Shown: positions 8,648 through 18,114 of the stretch, in pieces
Layout: every line of letters begins with the position of its first letter
Position numbering within the stretch: the stretch's first letter is position 1
From: Verrucomicrobiaceae bacterium
GTDB lineage: Bacteria > Verrucomicrobiota > Verrucomicrobiia > Verrucomicrobiales > Verrucomicrobiaceae
Length of the DNA stretch: 64,000 nt
Direction: 5' to 3'
Assembly: GCA_947458455.1 (NCBI GenBank)
Contig: CANGYJ010000010.1
Location: 53,832-117,831, forward strand
Notes under the pieces: model-generated
Seen by the model: only the letters and a program-made list of their open reading frames with translations
What the model was told of the DNA's origin: nothing
Database searches by the model: none
Made by a program: the position numbers and the translations under genes

Positions 8648-9541
8648 ATGAAAAGACCCATTCTCGTCTCCGTCGCAGCATTTGCAGCCAGCGCCGCTCT
8701 TGCCTCTGCCCAGTATGGCCCGCCTCCAGCCGGCTACGGCACCATGGGAATGGCACCGCCCCTTACCTCTGCCCCGCCTCCGAGTGTACCTGCTTATCCA
8801 AATTCCATGCCTCCGCCGATGGTTAGCAGCGCGGTGACTCCTCCGCCTATGGGCTATACCGATCCCTACGCCGCCCCACCACCCCCAGGAGGCATGGCAT
8901 CGATGCCACCTCAGGGGACTTCCCCTTATGGAGCGCCGCCACCACCCCCTGGCACTTATGGTGGCCCTGCGGACATGGGTTACGGAGGCGCTGTGGCACC
9001 CGGCATTGTGAACTACAACTACCTTGAACTGACCTACCGCTATATCCAACCCAAGAGCAAAGGCTTGGATGGTGCCAATACCATCGGTGGCACCCTGAGC
9101 GTGGCGCTCTTTGAACCACTGTTCCTAAAATTCGGTGCTTTTTGGGGAAGTGGCAAAGGAGCTGGCACCGCAGGTGCAACCAACAGCGATTATGATTTTG
9201 CCGCAATCCAAGCCTCGGTGGGCTTCCACACACAATTGCTAGACCCGCGCCTACAATTCACAGGCGAAGCGGGTATGCAATACGCCAATCTGAAATCCAC
9301 TAACACGGCAGCCAGCTTCAGCGATGGATCCTTGTTTATCCGGCCAGCTCTGCGTTTTGCCCCCACCGACGCCATCGAAGTCCAGGCCGGGGTGACGGTC
9401 AGCAGCGCTGACAAATATGACAGCAAAGTGCTCGACCTGAGCGGCTACTTCCGCGTGATGCCCAAGGTCGATGTGGGTATCGGTGCTGACTTTGGCGATA
9501 GCACCCGCGGCTTCCGCGGCAATGTGCGCTTCCGCTGGTAA
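8648..9541 (+). CDS. outer-membrane beta-barrel protein with Pro-rich N-terminal linker
   Basis: Signal peptide MKRPILVSVAAFAASAALASA, then a Pro/Gly/Tyr-rich region, then alternating beta-strand-like sequence ending ...GNVRFRW (terminal aromatic residue). Confidence 0.65.
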   Translation: MKRPILVSVAAFAASAALASAQYGPPPAGYGTMGMAPPLTSAPPPSVPAYPNSMPPPMVSSAVTPPPMGYTDPYAAPPPPGGMASMPPQGTSPYGAPPPPPGTYGGPADMGYGGAVAPGIVNYNYLELTYRYIQPKSKGLDGANTIGGTLSVALFEPLFLKFGAFWGSGKGAGTAGATNSDYDFAAIQASVGFHTQLLDPRLQFTGEAGMQYANLKSTNTAASFSDGSLFIRPALRFAPTDAIEVQAGVTVSSADKYDSKVLDLSGYFRVMPKVDVGIGADFGDSTRGFRGNVRFRW

Positions 9542-9593
9542 CACAGCCAGTCCGCAACTCCAGTCTTTCAACCACGCCTCAACCGAGACCAAT

Positions 9594-9626
9594 AAAAAAG
9601 CCAGCCGGGAAACCGACTGGCTTTAT
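9594..9626. terminator. bidirectional intrinsic terminator between the OMP gene and acpP
   Basis: AAAAAA-GCCAGCCGG-GAAA-CCGACTGGC-TTTAT: a 9-bp stem with one mismatch. On the minus strand it is followed by TTTTTTATT. Confidence 0.65.
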
Positions 9627-9649
9627 GAGTGAAATTCAAATCGTAAGGA

Positions 9650-9889
9650 TTACTCAGCGTGGTCTTCGACGTAGCGAACGACATCGCCGACGGACTGAAG
9701 CTTCTCAGCTTCTTCATCGGGAACGTCGATGCCGAATTCTTCCTCAAACGCCATGACGAGCTCGACGGTGTCGAGGGAGTCAGCACCGAGGTCCTCGATG
9801 AACTTGGCTTCCTGGGTGACCTGTTCGGGATTCACGCCGAGCTGCTCAACGATGATGTCTTTAACCTTATCTTGGATGTTGTCTGCCAT
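9650..9889 (-). CDS. acpP: acyl carrier protein
   Basis: 79 aa with the phosphopantetheine attachment motif [12 protein letters not shown]. Confidence 0.96.
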   Translation of the reverse strand: MADNIQDKVKDIIVEQLGVNPEQVTQEAKFIEDLGADSLDTVELVMAFEEEFGIDVPDEEAEKLQSVGDVVRYVEDHAE

Positions 9890-9976
9890 GTGTTTAGGGG
9901 GTGGTAAGTGCGGCGGAGCTTTAGAGGTTGGATATGCTTTGGCAAGAGAAAAAATCGCGCCTTTTCAAGCCACGAT

Positions 9977-10723
9977 TCAGCCTTCGTCGTGGGACGTTTC
10001 CTGAGCGATTTGCGGAGAGGCCACCTCAGGCTCAGGTTCTGCCACTTTTTCGATCAGTTCGCCATTGAAGCGAGCAAGCAGCCTGGTGAGCACTTGGTCC
10101 GCGCCTCCATACATCAAATCATCGATGATAGCCTTCTTCTCGCGGCTCTCGCCCCCGGTCTTATACCAAGCGTAAGCCAGCCCCTGCTTGTCCCACTTGC
10201 GTTTATCCACGCGAAAGACATCCGCGAAGGCCACTTTCAAGCCGCCAGGCGTCACAAAATGATCTACCTCACCACGCAGGACGGTATTTTTGCGAAGCAT
10301 AACGATCACACCCACCGCGAGTGCCGCCGCGAGGCAGCCATAGCCAAAGTAAAACTGCTCTGCGATCTCCCGCTCCGTGTAGTGATGCGGCTCCTCTTTC
10401 CAGCCATTCGCGGCGGCGTAGGTCACCCACTTGGGCGGTTCGCCATCGGTGCCGGTGGGCATGCCTTTTGCCTGTTGCTCGGCGATCCATTGATCGAGCG
10501 TTCCCGCCTTTTTGGCCGAATCAAAGGTGGCCAAGAATTCGCTATTAAACCACTCCTTCTTTTTCGCAATCTCGACCTCCTTTGGGTAGCCGACACTGCC
10601 ATCGTAAAGGAAATAAGCGCCGAAAAAGGCAAACATGGCCGCCATCATGGCACGGCGTTTGAAATACCAGGGCGTGACGCGGCAGACGATGGAGGCGGAG
10701 GGATCGACGGGGGCTGGTTCCAT
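9977..10723 (-). CDS. hypothetical membrane protein
   Basis: 248-aa ORF with two hydrophobic segments (AMMAAMFAFFGAYFLY and FGYGCLAAALAVGVIVML). No recognisable motif. Confidence 0.6.
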   Translation of the reverse strand: MEPAPVDPSASIVCRVTPWYFKRRAMMAAMFAFFGAYFLYDGSVGYPKEVEIAKKKEWFNSEFLATFDSAKKAGTLDQWIAEQQAKGMPTGTDGEPPKWVTYAAANGWKEEPHHYTEREIAEQFYFGYGCLAAALAVGVIVMLRKNTVLRGEVDHFVTPGGLKVAFADVFRVDKRKWDKQGLAYAWYKTGGESREKKAIIDDLMYGGADQVLTRLLARFNGELIEKVAEPEPEVASPQIAQETSHDEG

Positions 10724-10866
10724 GTGTGCGATCCATGCGCCGCGCTCTAACGCTGCGCAACCAACGTTTTGCGTGAAGAAATTTGCTTCGTGATTGCAAC
10801 CGCAGTGGGCTTTTCATCGCAGAAAACACCGCTATCAGATTGGCGTCACAAACCAACCCAAAAACC

Positions 10867-11565
10867 ATGATCCACTTCGATCCCCTCTACCTCATCATCA
10901 TGCTCGGCACCACCGCGCTGGCCATGTGGGCCTCCTGGCGTGTCAAAGCAGCCTACAACCGCTACTCGCAGGTGCCCGCCATGTCCGGTCTCAGCGGCGC
11001 CCAGATCGCCCAGCGCATCCTCGACCTCAACAACATCCACGACGTCGAGGTCGTGCCAACCCACGGCTTGCTCAGCGATCACTACGATCCGCAGAATAAG
11101 AAGCTCGTGCTCTGCGAGGAGAACTTTTACGGCACCAATGTGGCAGCGCTGGGCGTGGCCGCTCATGAGGCCGGGCATGCCATCCAGCACAAGCAGCTCT
11201 ACGCTCCACTCCAGTGGCGCATGGCCGCCGTGGGCATCACCACCATGGCCGGGCAAGCCATCCCGTTCATCGGCTTCGGTCTCTTTTACCTCGCGCCCAA
11301 AATCGCCATCCCTGCCCTGGCGATCTGCTTTGGCATCGTGATGGTCTTCCAGCTCATCACTCTGCCGGTGGAATTTGATGCCACGGCCCGGGCCAAGCGC
11401 ATCCTAGCCCACACAGGAGCCGTGGCCCCCGGCCAGGAAACCGAATCCATGGGCAAGGTGCTCGATGCGGCTGCTCTGACCTACGTCGCGGCCTTCATCA
11501 GCTCCCTCGCCACCTTCCTTTACTACATCCTCCAGATGATGGGCGGGCGCCGGGACGAGGAATAA
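10867..11565 (+). CDS. membrane zinc metallopeptidase (YugP/Zn_peptidase_2-like)
   Basis: Start MIHFDPLYLIIMLGT, HEAGH zinc motif (AAHEAGHAIQH), and several TM segments. Confidence 0.85.
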   Translation: MIHFDPLYLIIMLGTTALAMWASWRVKAAYNRYSQVPAMSGLSGAQIAQRILDLNNIHDVEVVPTHGLLSDHYDPQNKKLVLCEENFYGTNVAALGVAAHEAGHAIQHKQLYAPLQWRMAAVGITTMAGQAIPFIGFGLFYLAPKIAIPALAICFGIVMVFQLITLPVEFDATARAKRILAHTGAVAPGQETESMGKVLDAAALTYVAAFISSLATFLYYILQMMGGRRDEE

Positions 11566-11610
11566 CAGCCCGCTCACAACATCGACTTCCGAAGCGGCGT
11601 ATGGCAAACC

Positions 11611-12672
11611 ATGCGCCGTTTCCTTTTCGCCCTCGTTTTGCCGCTCTCAGCCTTCGCGGAGGATCTTCCCAAGCTGCGAGGCCTCAGCCGGACCCATCTG
11701 CTTCAAATCGATGTTTCCGGTCAGGATGGCAAGAGTGCCGAAGAATGGCAAAAACGCCGCACGGAGGCTCTCGAAGGTTTCCAGGCCGTCGCCGGCCGTT
11801 TGCCGGGAAAAGAGCTGCGATGTGATCTGAAACCTGAAATTATCGAAGAAGTCGATTGTGGCTCGTATGTGCGGAGACTTGTCACTTACACCTCGCAGCC
11901 AGGTGGAAACGTTCCCGCCTACCTTTGCATCCCGAAAAAGGCACTCGCAGGTGAAAAAGCTCCAGCCGTGCTCTGCCTGCATCCCACGGAGAACAAGATC
12001 GGCTTCAAAGTCGTCGTCGGGCTCGGTGGCAAACCGCACCGGCAATACGCCGCCGAGCTTGCGGAACGTGGATTCGTCACGCTGGCCCCCAGCTACCCAT
12101 TGCTGGCGGACTACCAGCCCGATTTGAAAGCCTTGAACATGCCCAGCGGCACCATGAAGGCCATCTGGGATAACATCCGCGGACTCGACTACCTCGAAAC
12201 ACTGCCCTTCGTCGATACCTCATGCGGCTTCGCCGCCATCGGGCACTCGCTCGGCGGGCACAATTCGATCTACACCGCCAGCTTTGAGCCGCGCATCAAG
12301 GTGGTCGTTTCGAGCTGCGGCTTTGATTCGCTGCTCGATTACTACGGCGGAAATATCAAAGGCTACGTCCAGGAGCGCTACATGCTGAAGATGGCGGATT
12401 ACCTCGGTCATCCACAGGACGCACCATGGGACTATTACGAACTCATCGCCGCCCTCGCCCCGCGTCATGTCTTTGTGAATGCCCCGCTGAAGGATGCGAA
12501 CTTCCGCCACGACAGCGTGGACCGCATCGCCACCGCCGCCGAGCCAGTCTTCCGGCTCCACGGAGCGGGTGGGCACCTCATGGTGCGCCACCCGGATTCC
12601 GATCACGACTTCCCGGATGCGGAACGCTTCGAGGCCTACGACCTCATTGAGAAAGTCCTCCGAAGCCGCTGA
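11611..12672 (+). CDS. secreted alpha/beta hydrolase (dienelactone hydrolase / acetyl-esterase-like)
   Basis: Signal peptide MRRFLFALVLPLSAFA and nucleophile elbow GHSLGG. Confidence 0.8.
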   Translation: MRRFLFALVLPLSAFAEDLPKLRGLSRTHLLQIDVSGQDGKSAEEWQKRRTEALEGFQAVAGRLPGKELRCDLKPEIIEEVDCGSYVRRLVTYTSQPGGNVPAYLCIPKKALAGEKAPAVLCLHPTENKIGFKVVVGLGGKPHRQYAAELAERGFVTLAPSYPLLADYQPDLKALNMPSGTMKAIWDNIRGLDYLETLPFVDTSCGFAAIGHSLGGHNSIYTASFEPRIKVVVSSCGFDSLLDYYGGNIKGYVQERYMLKMADYLGHPQDAPWDYYELIAALAPRHVFVNAPLKDANFRHDSVDRIATAAEPVFRLHGAGGHLMVRHPDSDHDFPDAERFEAYDLIEKVLRSR

Positions 12673-12674
12673 GC

Positions 12675-13622
12675 TTACTCCTTCAGCTTCTTCACGAGAT
12701 ACTCCGTCGCTGTTTTCGCCACGCCTTCCACGCCGGGATAAAATAGCTCACAGGCCACGCCACTGGCTTTGCAGTGCTCTTGAAGCTTCACGCCGAAGTT
12801 TGCGGTATGGGTGGGGTCTTTCTCATCCTTGCCCATGTTTGGCACGGCATTGAAGCTCATGTAAATCGCCGGATCATCGCTGCTGGCGAGGGCGTAGGGC
12901 GAGTACTGGGCGATCCACGGCAGGATCTTCTCACGAGCAGCCAGGAAGGCATCAAAGGTCGGGCGTTCCTTGCCGACGAGGAACGCATGGCCGCCGTATT
13001 TGCTGTTTGGCGTCCATGCCTTCATCTGCTGCGGGTCCAGCGTCGTCTGTGCCCCCATCACCGCCGCACACCACAGCCTGGTGGACTCACGAGCAATCGG
13101 ATCGCTGCTCTTCGGATCGGCGAGATCAGGATGAAAGGCCAGCCACAGGCTGCTGCACGCGCCCGCACTGCCGCCGCTGGCGCCGATGCGAGCTTTGTCG
13201 ATGTTCCACTCGGCAGACTTGCTGCGCACCGTTTGCAAAGCCAGCGCCGCATCATGCAGCGGAGCCTTCACCGGCGGCACCACCTCCTGAGCCTGCGAGA
13301 TGTAGCGGTAATTGATCGAAACGACGCTGATGCCCTCTTTCAAATACGGTTCCACGGCGATCCCCGCCTTGTCCCCGCCCATCCAGCCACCGCCATGGAT
13401 AAAAAACAGCAACGGAGTCGGCTTGTCCGACTTCGCCTGCCAGAAATCGAGCACGTTCCGCTCATGCGGACCATACTTCAGGTTCGCCACCGTTGGCGCA
13501 GGGTTCTTCGGATAGACTTTTTTCGCCTGAGCCTTCTTGGCCGGAGCCTCGGCTTTCTTGACGGGAGCTTGCGCCAACAGAGAAAGGCTGGCGAGCAGTA
13601 GAACAGAGAGTGTGAGTTTCAT
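12675..13622 (-). CDS. secreted alpha/beta hydrolase, carboxylesterase type
   Basis: Start MKLTLSVLLLASLSLLAQA (ATG 13622), oxyanion motif FFIHGGGWMGGDK and elbow GGSAGA. Confidence 0.85.
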   Translation of the reverse strand: MKLTLSVLLLASLSLLAQAPVKKAEAPAKKAQAKKVYPKNPAPTVANLKYGPHERNVLDFWQAKSDKPTPLLFFIHGGGWMGGDKAGIAVEPYLKEGISVVSINYRYISQAQEVVPPVKAPLHDAALALQTVRSKSAEWNIDKARIGASGGSAGACSSLWLAFHPDLADPKSSDPIARESTRLWCAAVMGAQTTLDPQQMKAWTPNSKYGGHAFLVGKERPTFDAFLAAREKILPWIAQYSPYALASSDDPAIYMSFNAVPNMGKDEKDPTHTANFGVKLQEHCKASGVACELFYPGVEGVAKTATEYLVKKLKE

Positions 13623-13926
13623 GGTGGAAACTTGAAACGCACAGACCCACATCTTTCTGGCACAGACGCCCGCCGTCCCGGCCCAAATCCAAGAGCATCT
13701 GGTCAAGGCGAGCCAAAGTAGGAAACGACTCCTGAATCATGAGGCGTCACATTCGAAAAGTCACGCAGTCCCTCCCACCAGCTCCTGCTCGCATTCAGAC
13801 TTCAGCAAAGCAGCCTATTTCGTCCGTTTCGAGACGTAAGACCTGACGAAGTTGAAGAGAAGGTCAAAAACACCTTGCGCACCCGTTGTGCCGTGCTCCT
13901 ATCCGCCCCTCCGAAAATTCGGAAAT

Positions 13927-13999
13927 GGCTCGGTAGCTCAGTCGGTAGAGCAGGGGATTGAAAATCCCCGTGTCGGCGGTTCGATTCCGTCCCGAGCCA
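13927..13999 (+). tRNA. tRNA-Phe (anticodon GAA)
   Basis: GGCTCGGTAGCTCAGTCGGTAGAGCAGGGGATTGAAAATCCCCGTGTCGGCGGTTCGATTCCGTCCCGAGCCA folds as a cloverleaf: 7-bp acceptor stem, T-loop GGTTCGATTCC, anticodon loop TTGAAAA. Confidence 0.97.
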
Positions 14000-14066
14000 C
14001 CTCTGGAACCTTTGATTTTACGAGGATCCAGCGGTTTTAAGGCATTTTGCAGTCTCAATAAGGAAT

Positions 14067-14123
14067 TGCCAGTTTAGGCAACAAAATGCCAGTTTTTGCC
14101 CCTTAACTGTCCCCTAACTGGCA
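14067..14123. repeat. short direct/inverted repeats 3' of tRNA-Phe
   Basis: TGCCAGTTT occurs at 14067-14075 and 14087-14095 (20-nt spacing), and inverted as AACTGGCA at 14116-14123. Confidence 0.4.
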
Positions 14124-15022
14124 ACAACTCGCGGCCCATTGCGGAGATTTTCCGGGAGCCAGAACCCATTCCAGCACTGCCCCGGCCTCGCCGGGTTCCT
14201 GTCCGTTGCCAAATAGGTGGGCAGTTGAGCGCCTGCCCACTGAATAGCCCTCCCTATTTGCTCCACATTTCGTTCGCTCAGGGGCGGCGTGCCGGGGCGT
14301 GTGCAGGCTTCCAGGCAAAGGCTCGTGTCGGACTCTCCGCATGGATCAACTGCCGCCGTCGTGATCTTCCCGGCCATGAGACGTTCCTCCTCCGCCCTCC
14401 CCCCCCGCCGCCCCGGCATCGTCGTCAGTTCGTGCCAGCGCTTGCCTCAGAGTTTAAATCCTCCTCCTCCGACTCCCCACACTTAGATCGCCCGGAGCGG
14501 AGGAATCCGGCGCTAGCAGATGAAAGATTGTAGCATCGAGGCGGGGTTGTGTGCCATCGGCAAAGACGGTCCGCAGGTGTTCCAACTGAATCTTGACTTT
14601 CGGCTCCTTCCCTTCACTGCCGCCGTCCTGCAAGGCCTTGTAATCGAAATCCTCGAAGGCTTCAAAGCCGTGCTCGCAGAGCTCTAGGCGGTCGCCGGTC
14701 CCTTGTGCTTGGCGTTGTTCTTTGCCTTTGACGGATCATGGCTGCCGGTGTGGTGGATGCTCAAACCTTCGCCGCCAGCGCTGGCAGGCCGCGCTCGGTT
14801 TTTTCGAGCAGGCCTTGGGCGTCCTCGTAGTCTTGCACCAGTTCCGTGAGTTCGCGGAAATACTCCTCCTGCCCGGCGTCTAGGTCACGCGTGGCAAGGC
14901 GAATGCAGAGCGTGCTGGCCGCCTCAATAGCAGAGCCAAATACCTGCCGCAGACGCCACGAGAAGCACAAGCGTCCGCAGCGAGAAGTGCTCTAGCGAAT
15001 GCTCGGGTGAGGTGATCACCGG

Positions 15023-15229
15023 CTATTCCTTTGATTGCTGGGTGGCGTTGAGTTGCTGGCCGGGTGCATCGGCATCGTGGTAGCCATTCTTTGCCGGCGC
15101 GGGACTGGCCCGCAGGCCCGGAGTGACACTTTCGTCCCAGATGGCGATATCGGTGGTGATTTCGACATGGGTCACGACAGCGGCGGCCTTTTTCTCAGCC
15201 CGAGTGAGTTCGTCTGGGGTGGTTTTCAT
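15023..15229 (-). CDS. small hypothetical protein, translationally coupled to dodecin
   Basis: Starts MKTTPDELTRAEKK. Its ATG overlaps the dodecin stop codon (ATGA at 15226-15229). Confidence 0.5.
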   Translation of the reverse strand: MKTTPDELTRAEKKAAAVVTHVEITTDIAIWDESVTPGLRASPAPAKNGYHDADAPGQQLNATQQSKE

Positions 15230-15480
15230 GCGTCCTCCACGTTGAAGCCGACTTTGAGTGTGACCTGCCAATGATCGACCTTGCCTTTATCGATCGTGCC
15301 ACGTGTTTCGATGACCTGAAACCATTTCAAGTTCTTCACAGTCTTGTGAGCACGCTTGATGGCTTTTTCGACAGCGTCTTCGACGCTGGACTTTGAAGTG
15401 CCGGTAAGCTCGACGAGCTTATAGACGTGGTCCTTGGCTTTGGTTTCGGGCGGCGAGTCAGTCTTGGGTTTGCGGGGCAT
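15226..15480 (-). CDS. dodecin-family flavin-binding protein
   Basis: HVYKLVELTGTSKSSVEDAVEKAIKRAHKTVKNLKWFQVIETRGTIDKGKVDHWQVTLKVGFNVED fits the dodecin pattern. Start taken as MPRK (ATG 15480). Confidence 0.85.
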   Translation of the reverse strand: MPRKPKTDSPPETKAKDHVYKLVELTGTSKSSVEDAVEKAIKRAHKTVKNLKWFQVIETRGTIDKGKVDHWQVTLKVGFNVEDA

Positions 15481-15540
15481 AGGATGGTGGAAGTGAAGGT
15501 TCAAGAAGCAGCGGATCATCACCAGCACGCTCCATGGCCG

Positions 15541-15554
15541 CCATGGGGTGAAGA
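15541..15554 (-). promoter_or_regulatory. ACCCCATGG box, site 1 (upstream of dodecin)
   Basis: Minus-sense sequence is TCTTCACCCCATGG followed by CGGCC, 60 nt upstream of ATG 15480. Confidence 0.45.
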
Positions 15555-15555
15555 C

Positions 15556-15837
15556 CTACTCCTCGGCCTCCTCGAAGGCGGCGTGCAGACCAGGCTGGGC
15601 GAGATGGCCTTCAGCACCGCCGGGATCCGATTCCAAAGACCAGTAGGCCGCGCCCAGAGGGCCGCGCACGCAGGGCGGGACATGATCCTCACCGTAGATG
15701 TGGTTCAGGCCTAAGCGCAAACCAAAGGAAATGGGCGCGTGTTCCCCGGCCAGCGTGACGAGATTGCACACGCACATGGGCGCATCATGCAGTTGGCACG
15801 GCATGGAGCATTTTGAGCATGGATGGAGAGAGTGCAT
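15556..15837 (-). CDS. hypothetical Cys-rich protein
   Basis: 93-aa ORF between the DUF2934 and dodecin genes on the same strand, with GC-rich third codon positions. No recognised motif. Confidence 0.35.
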   Translation of the reverse strand: MHSLHPCSKCSMPCQLHDAPMCVCNLVTLAGEHAPISFGLRLGLNHIYGEDHVPPCVRGPLGAAYWSLESDPGGAEGHLAQPGLHAAFEEAEE

Positions 15838-15861
15838 GGCAGCGATCCCGTGTGTGATCTC

Positions 15862-16155
15862 TCAGGTATGGGCGAGGCCTTGCTCGGCACGGAGGGCTGC
15901 CTCAGCGGCGAGCCAGTGATCCACGTCGTGTCCATGGGCAGCACCATGGTTCTCATACAAGAGGTAGGCACGGAGGGCCACGGCTTCGGCGGAGGGAATA
16001 AAGGCGTGAGCGGAAGGCGAGGCATGCACGCTCTTCCCGTTGGAGGCTTTTCCGTTGGCAGGCTTTCCGTTGGAGAGCTTCGAGGCGTTACTGGGTGTTG
16101 CGAGATTTTGTTTCATAGGAGGCCGATCATCCCGAGCCACCTGCGTTTTAGCCAT
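15862..16155 (-). CDS. DUF2934-family protein
   Basis: The C-terminus AEAVALRAYLLYENHGAAHGHDVDHWLAAEAALRAEQ fits the DUF2934 pattern. Start is either ATG 16155 (inside the palindromic box) or in-frame ATG 16116. Confidence 0.7.
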   Translation of the reverse strand: MAKTQVARDDRPPMKQNLATPSNASKLSNGKPANGKASNGKSVHASPSAHAFIPSAEAVALRAYLLYENHGAAHGHDVDHWLAAEAALRAEQGLAHT

Positions 16156-16173
16156 GGGGTTTTTACCCCATGG
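16152..16173. promoter_or_regulatory. ACCCCATGG box, site 2 (perfect inverted repeat in a divergent intergenic region)
   Basis: CCATGGGGT-TTTT-ACCCCATGG lies between the divergent DUF2934 gene and the kinase operon. Confidence 0.5.
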
Positions 16174-16222
16174 CCCGATGACGCGCTGTTTGGCATGCTG
16201 CCGGAAACATGTGCCATCCATC

Positions 16223-16936
16223 ATGAATGAACCGACCCCGCTGAGCCGCCTCGAAGGCCGTTATCTCAAGGCGCTGCGCCATCACATCACTGATGATGCG
16301 GGCACGGCGCGGAACCGCCACCTCGGGGATCATGCGGTGGCCATCGGCCTGGAGACGTTGGATTTCGCCCGCATTCACGATCAGGCGCTGGCGAAGCTGC
16401 TGCCCGCCGCAGGCACGCCCAAGGAGCGGGAGGCGATGACCAAGCAGGCAGGTGAGTTCTTCACAGAGGCGGTCATGCCGCTGGAGGAGACCCACCGCAT
16501 CGCGCTGGAGGCCAGCGCCCATTTGATGGAGATCATCGAGACGCTCGGCAGGCGCACCGAGGAGCTGGCGAGCTCCAAACGCGAGCTTGAGCGGGAGACG
16601 AGCGACCGCGAGGCCTCCGAGGCAGCCTTGAAGAACAGCCACATCGCGTTTGATGCGCTGTTGCGTGAATCGCGGGTGCTGGAGGCGCAATTGAAGGGCA
16701 TGGCGCATCAAATCCTGCTCACAAACGAGCAGGAGAAGCACCTTGTCAGCAAGCAATTGCGCGACGAGATCGCCCAGACGCTGCTGGGGCTGCATGTCCG
16801 GCTGCTGGCACTCAAACAGGAGGTGACCGACAACCACGCCTCCATCACGCAGGAAATCGCCGCCACGCAGCAACTGGTGGAGGAGTCCGTGCAAACCATC
16901 CAACGCTTTGCCCTGGAACTAGTCCCCCCGTCATGA
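16223..16936 (+). CDS. truncated histidine-kinase paralogue (N-terminal helical domain plus DHp only, no phospho-acceptor His, no ATPase domain)
   Basis: Collinear with the first ~240 aa of the next gene. Its H-box reads EQEKHLVSKQLRDEIAQ, versus EEERKIISRELHDVIAQ in the kinase. It ends at the end of the DHp domain, and its stop overlaps the next ATG (ATGA at 16933-16936). Confidence 0.8.
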   Translation: MNEPTPLSRLEGRYLKALRHHITDDAGTARNRHLGDHAVAIGLETLDFARIHDQALAKLLPAAGTPKEREAMTKQAGEFFTEAVMPLEETHRIALEASAHLMEIIETLGRRTEELASSKRELERETSDREASEAALKNSHIAFDALLRESRVLEAQLKGMAHQILLTNEQEKHLVSKQLRDEIAQTLLGLHVRLLALKQEVTDNHASITQEIAATQQLVEESVQTIQRFALELVPPS

Positions 16937-18114
16937 AAGCTAAACTGCAAACCCTCGCCCGCAGCTATCGCGCCGCCCTCCAGCGTCATGTGCGCGGCGC
17001 GAAACACGCGAATCTTCAAACCGCGCGAAAACTCGGCCACCTGGCTGTGAGCGTTGGTCTTGAAACGCTTGACCTCGCCCGCATGCACGAGGAAGCCATG
17101 ACCGCGCTCATCCTGCCGGAGAACACGAAGCACAGCCGTGTGGGAGTGATCGGCCATGCGGGCGTTTTTTTTGCGGAGGCCCTTACTCCGATTGAAGAGA
17201 CCCACCGTGGTGCCCGCGAGGCGAACGTGCATCTGAAAGTCATCATCGAGACGCTCACACAGCGCACCGTGGAGCTGGCCGCATCCAACGAAGATCTCAA
17301 ACGCGAGATCGACCGCCGTCGCAGCGTGGAGGAATCTCTCCGCACCAGCGAGCAGACCTCCAGCCAGCTCCTGGAAAAATCCCGCCGCATGCAGGAGGAG
17401 TTGCGGCTGCTCTCCCGCCGCATGCTCTCCGCCCAGGAGGAGGAGCGCAAGATCATCAGCCGCGAGCTGCACGATGTCATCGCGCAGATGCTCACCGGCA
17501 TCAATGTGCGGCTCTCCTCGCTCAAGACGAAGTCCACCACCAGCACGCGGGAACTGCAAAAGAAGATCGAGGTCACCCAGCGCCTCGTGGAGAAGTCCGT
17601 GGACATCATCCACCGCTTCGCGCGTGATCTGAGGCCTGCTGTGCTGGATGATCTCGGCCTCATTCCGGCCATGCGCTCCTACTTGAAGCTCTTCACAGAG
17701 CAGACCGGCATTCGCACGTCCTTCACGGCCTTCGCCGAGGTCGAAAAGCTCAATGGAGCGAGCCGCACGGCTCTTTACCGCATCGCCCAGGAGGCGCTCA
17801 CGAATGTTTCGCGTCATGCGAAGGCCAGCGTGGTGAAAGTGAGCATCCGCCTCCGTCAGAATCGCATCTGCATGGAGATCCAGGACGATGGACGCGGCTT
17901 TCTGGTGGAGGACGCCGCCGCCATCCAGCACAGCAAGCGTCTCGGCCTGCTCGGCATGCGGGAGCGGGCTGAGATGGTCGGCGGCACCTTTTGTGTCGAT
18001 TCCGCGCCTGGAAAGCCCACCACCGTGCACATCGAGATTCCCAAGGATCAAAGCCGCGCCCGCAAAAAGGCTTCAGCAGGCCAGAAGAAACCCGCTCCCA
18101 TGACCTGCCCATGA
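16933..18114 (+). CDS. cytoplasmic sensor histidine kinase (HisKA_3/NarL-type), RsbU_N-like N-terminal domain
   Basis: H-box SRELHDVIAQ. HATPase boxes are EALTNVSRHA, QDDGRGF and GLLGMRERAEMVGG. No TM segment. N-terminal helical domain YRAALQRHV...LGHLAVSVGLETLDLARMHEEA. Confidence 0.9.
   Translation: MKAKLQTLARSYRAALQRHVRGAKHANLQTARKLGHLAVSVGLETLDLARMHEEAMTALILPENTKHSRVGVIGHAGVFFAEALTPIEETHRGAREANVHLKVIIETLTQRTVELAASNEDLKREIDRRRSVEESLRTSEQTSSQLLEKSRRMQEELRLLSRRMLSAQEEERKIISRELHDVIAQMLTGINVRLSSLKTKSTTSTRELQKKIEVTQRLVEKSVDIIHRFARDLRPAVLDDLGLIPAMRSYLKLFTEQTGIRTSFTAFAEVEKLNGASRTALYRIAQEALTNVSRHAKASVVKVSIRLRQNRICMEIQDDGRGFLVEDAAAIQHSKRLGLLGMRERAEMVGGTFCVDSAPGKPTTVHIEIPKDQSRARKKASAGQKKPAPMTCP

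Noticed and set aside
14096-14533. Pro/Arg-rich ORFs on both strands downstream of tRNA-Phe (14096-14533+, 14103-14419-)
   Set aside because: They have low-complexity composition, overlap one another and carry no motifs, which is typical of spurious high-GC ORFs.
16708-18051. Long antisense ORFs opposite well-supported genes. Examples: 16708-18051(-), 21926-22897(-), 27514-28707(-), 35130-36164(-), 36602-37729(-), 38848-40083(-), 41347-42846(-), 42946-45117(-), 52713-54068(-), 54561-55625(+), 59018-60856(-), 7393-8574(+), 12774-13601(+)
   Set aside because: These are shadow ORFs expected in ~60% GC DNA. Their translations are Arg/Gly/Ala-rich with no motifs, while the opposite strand carries clear family signatures.
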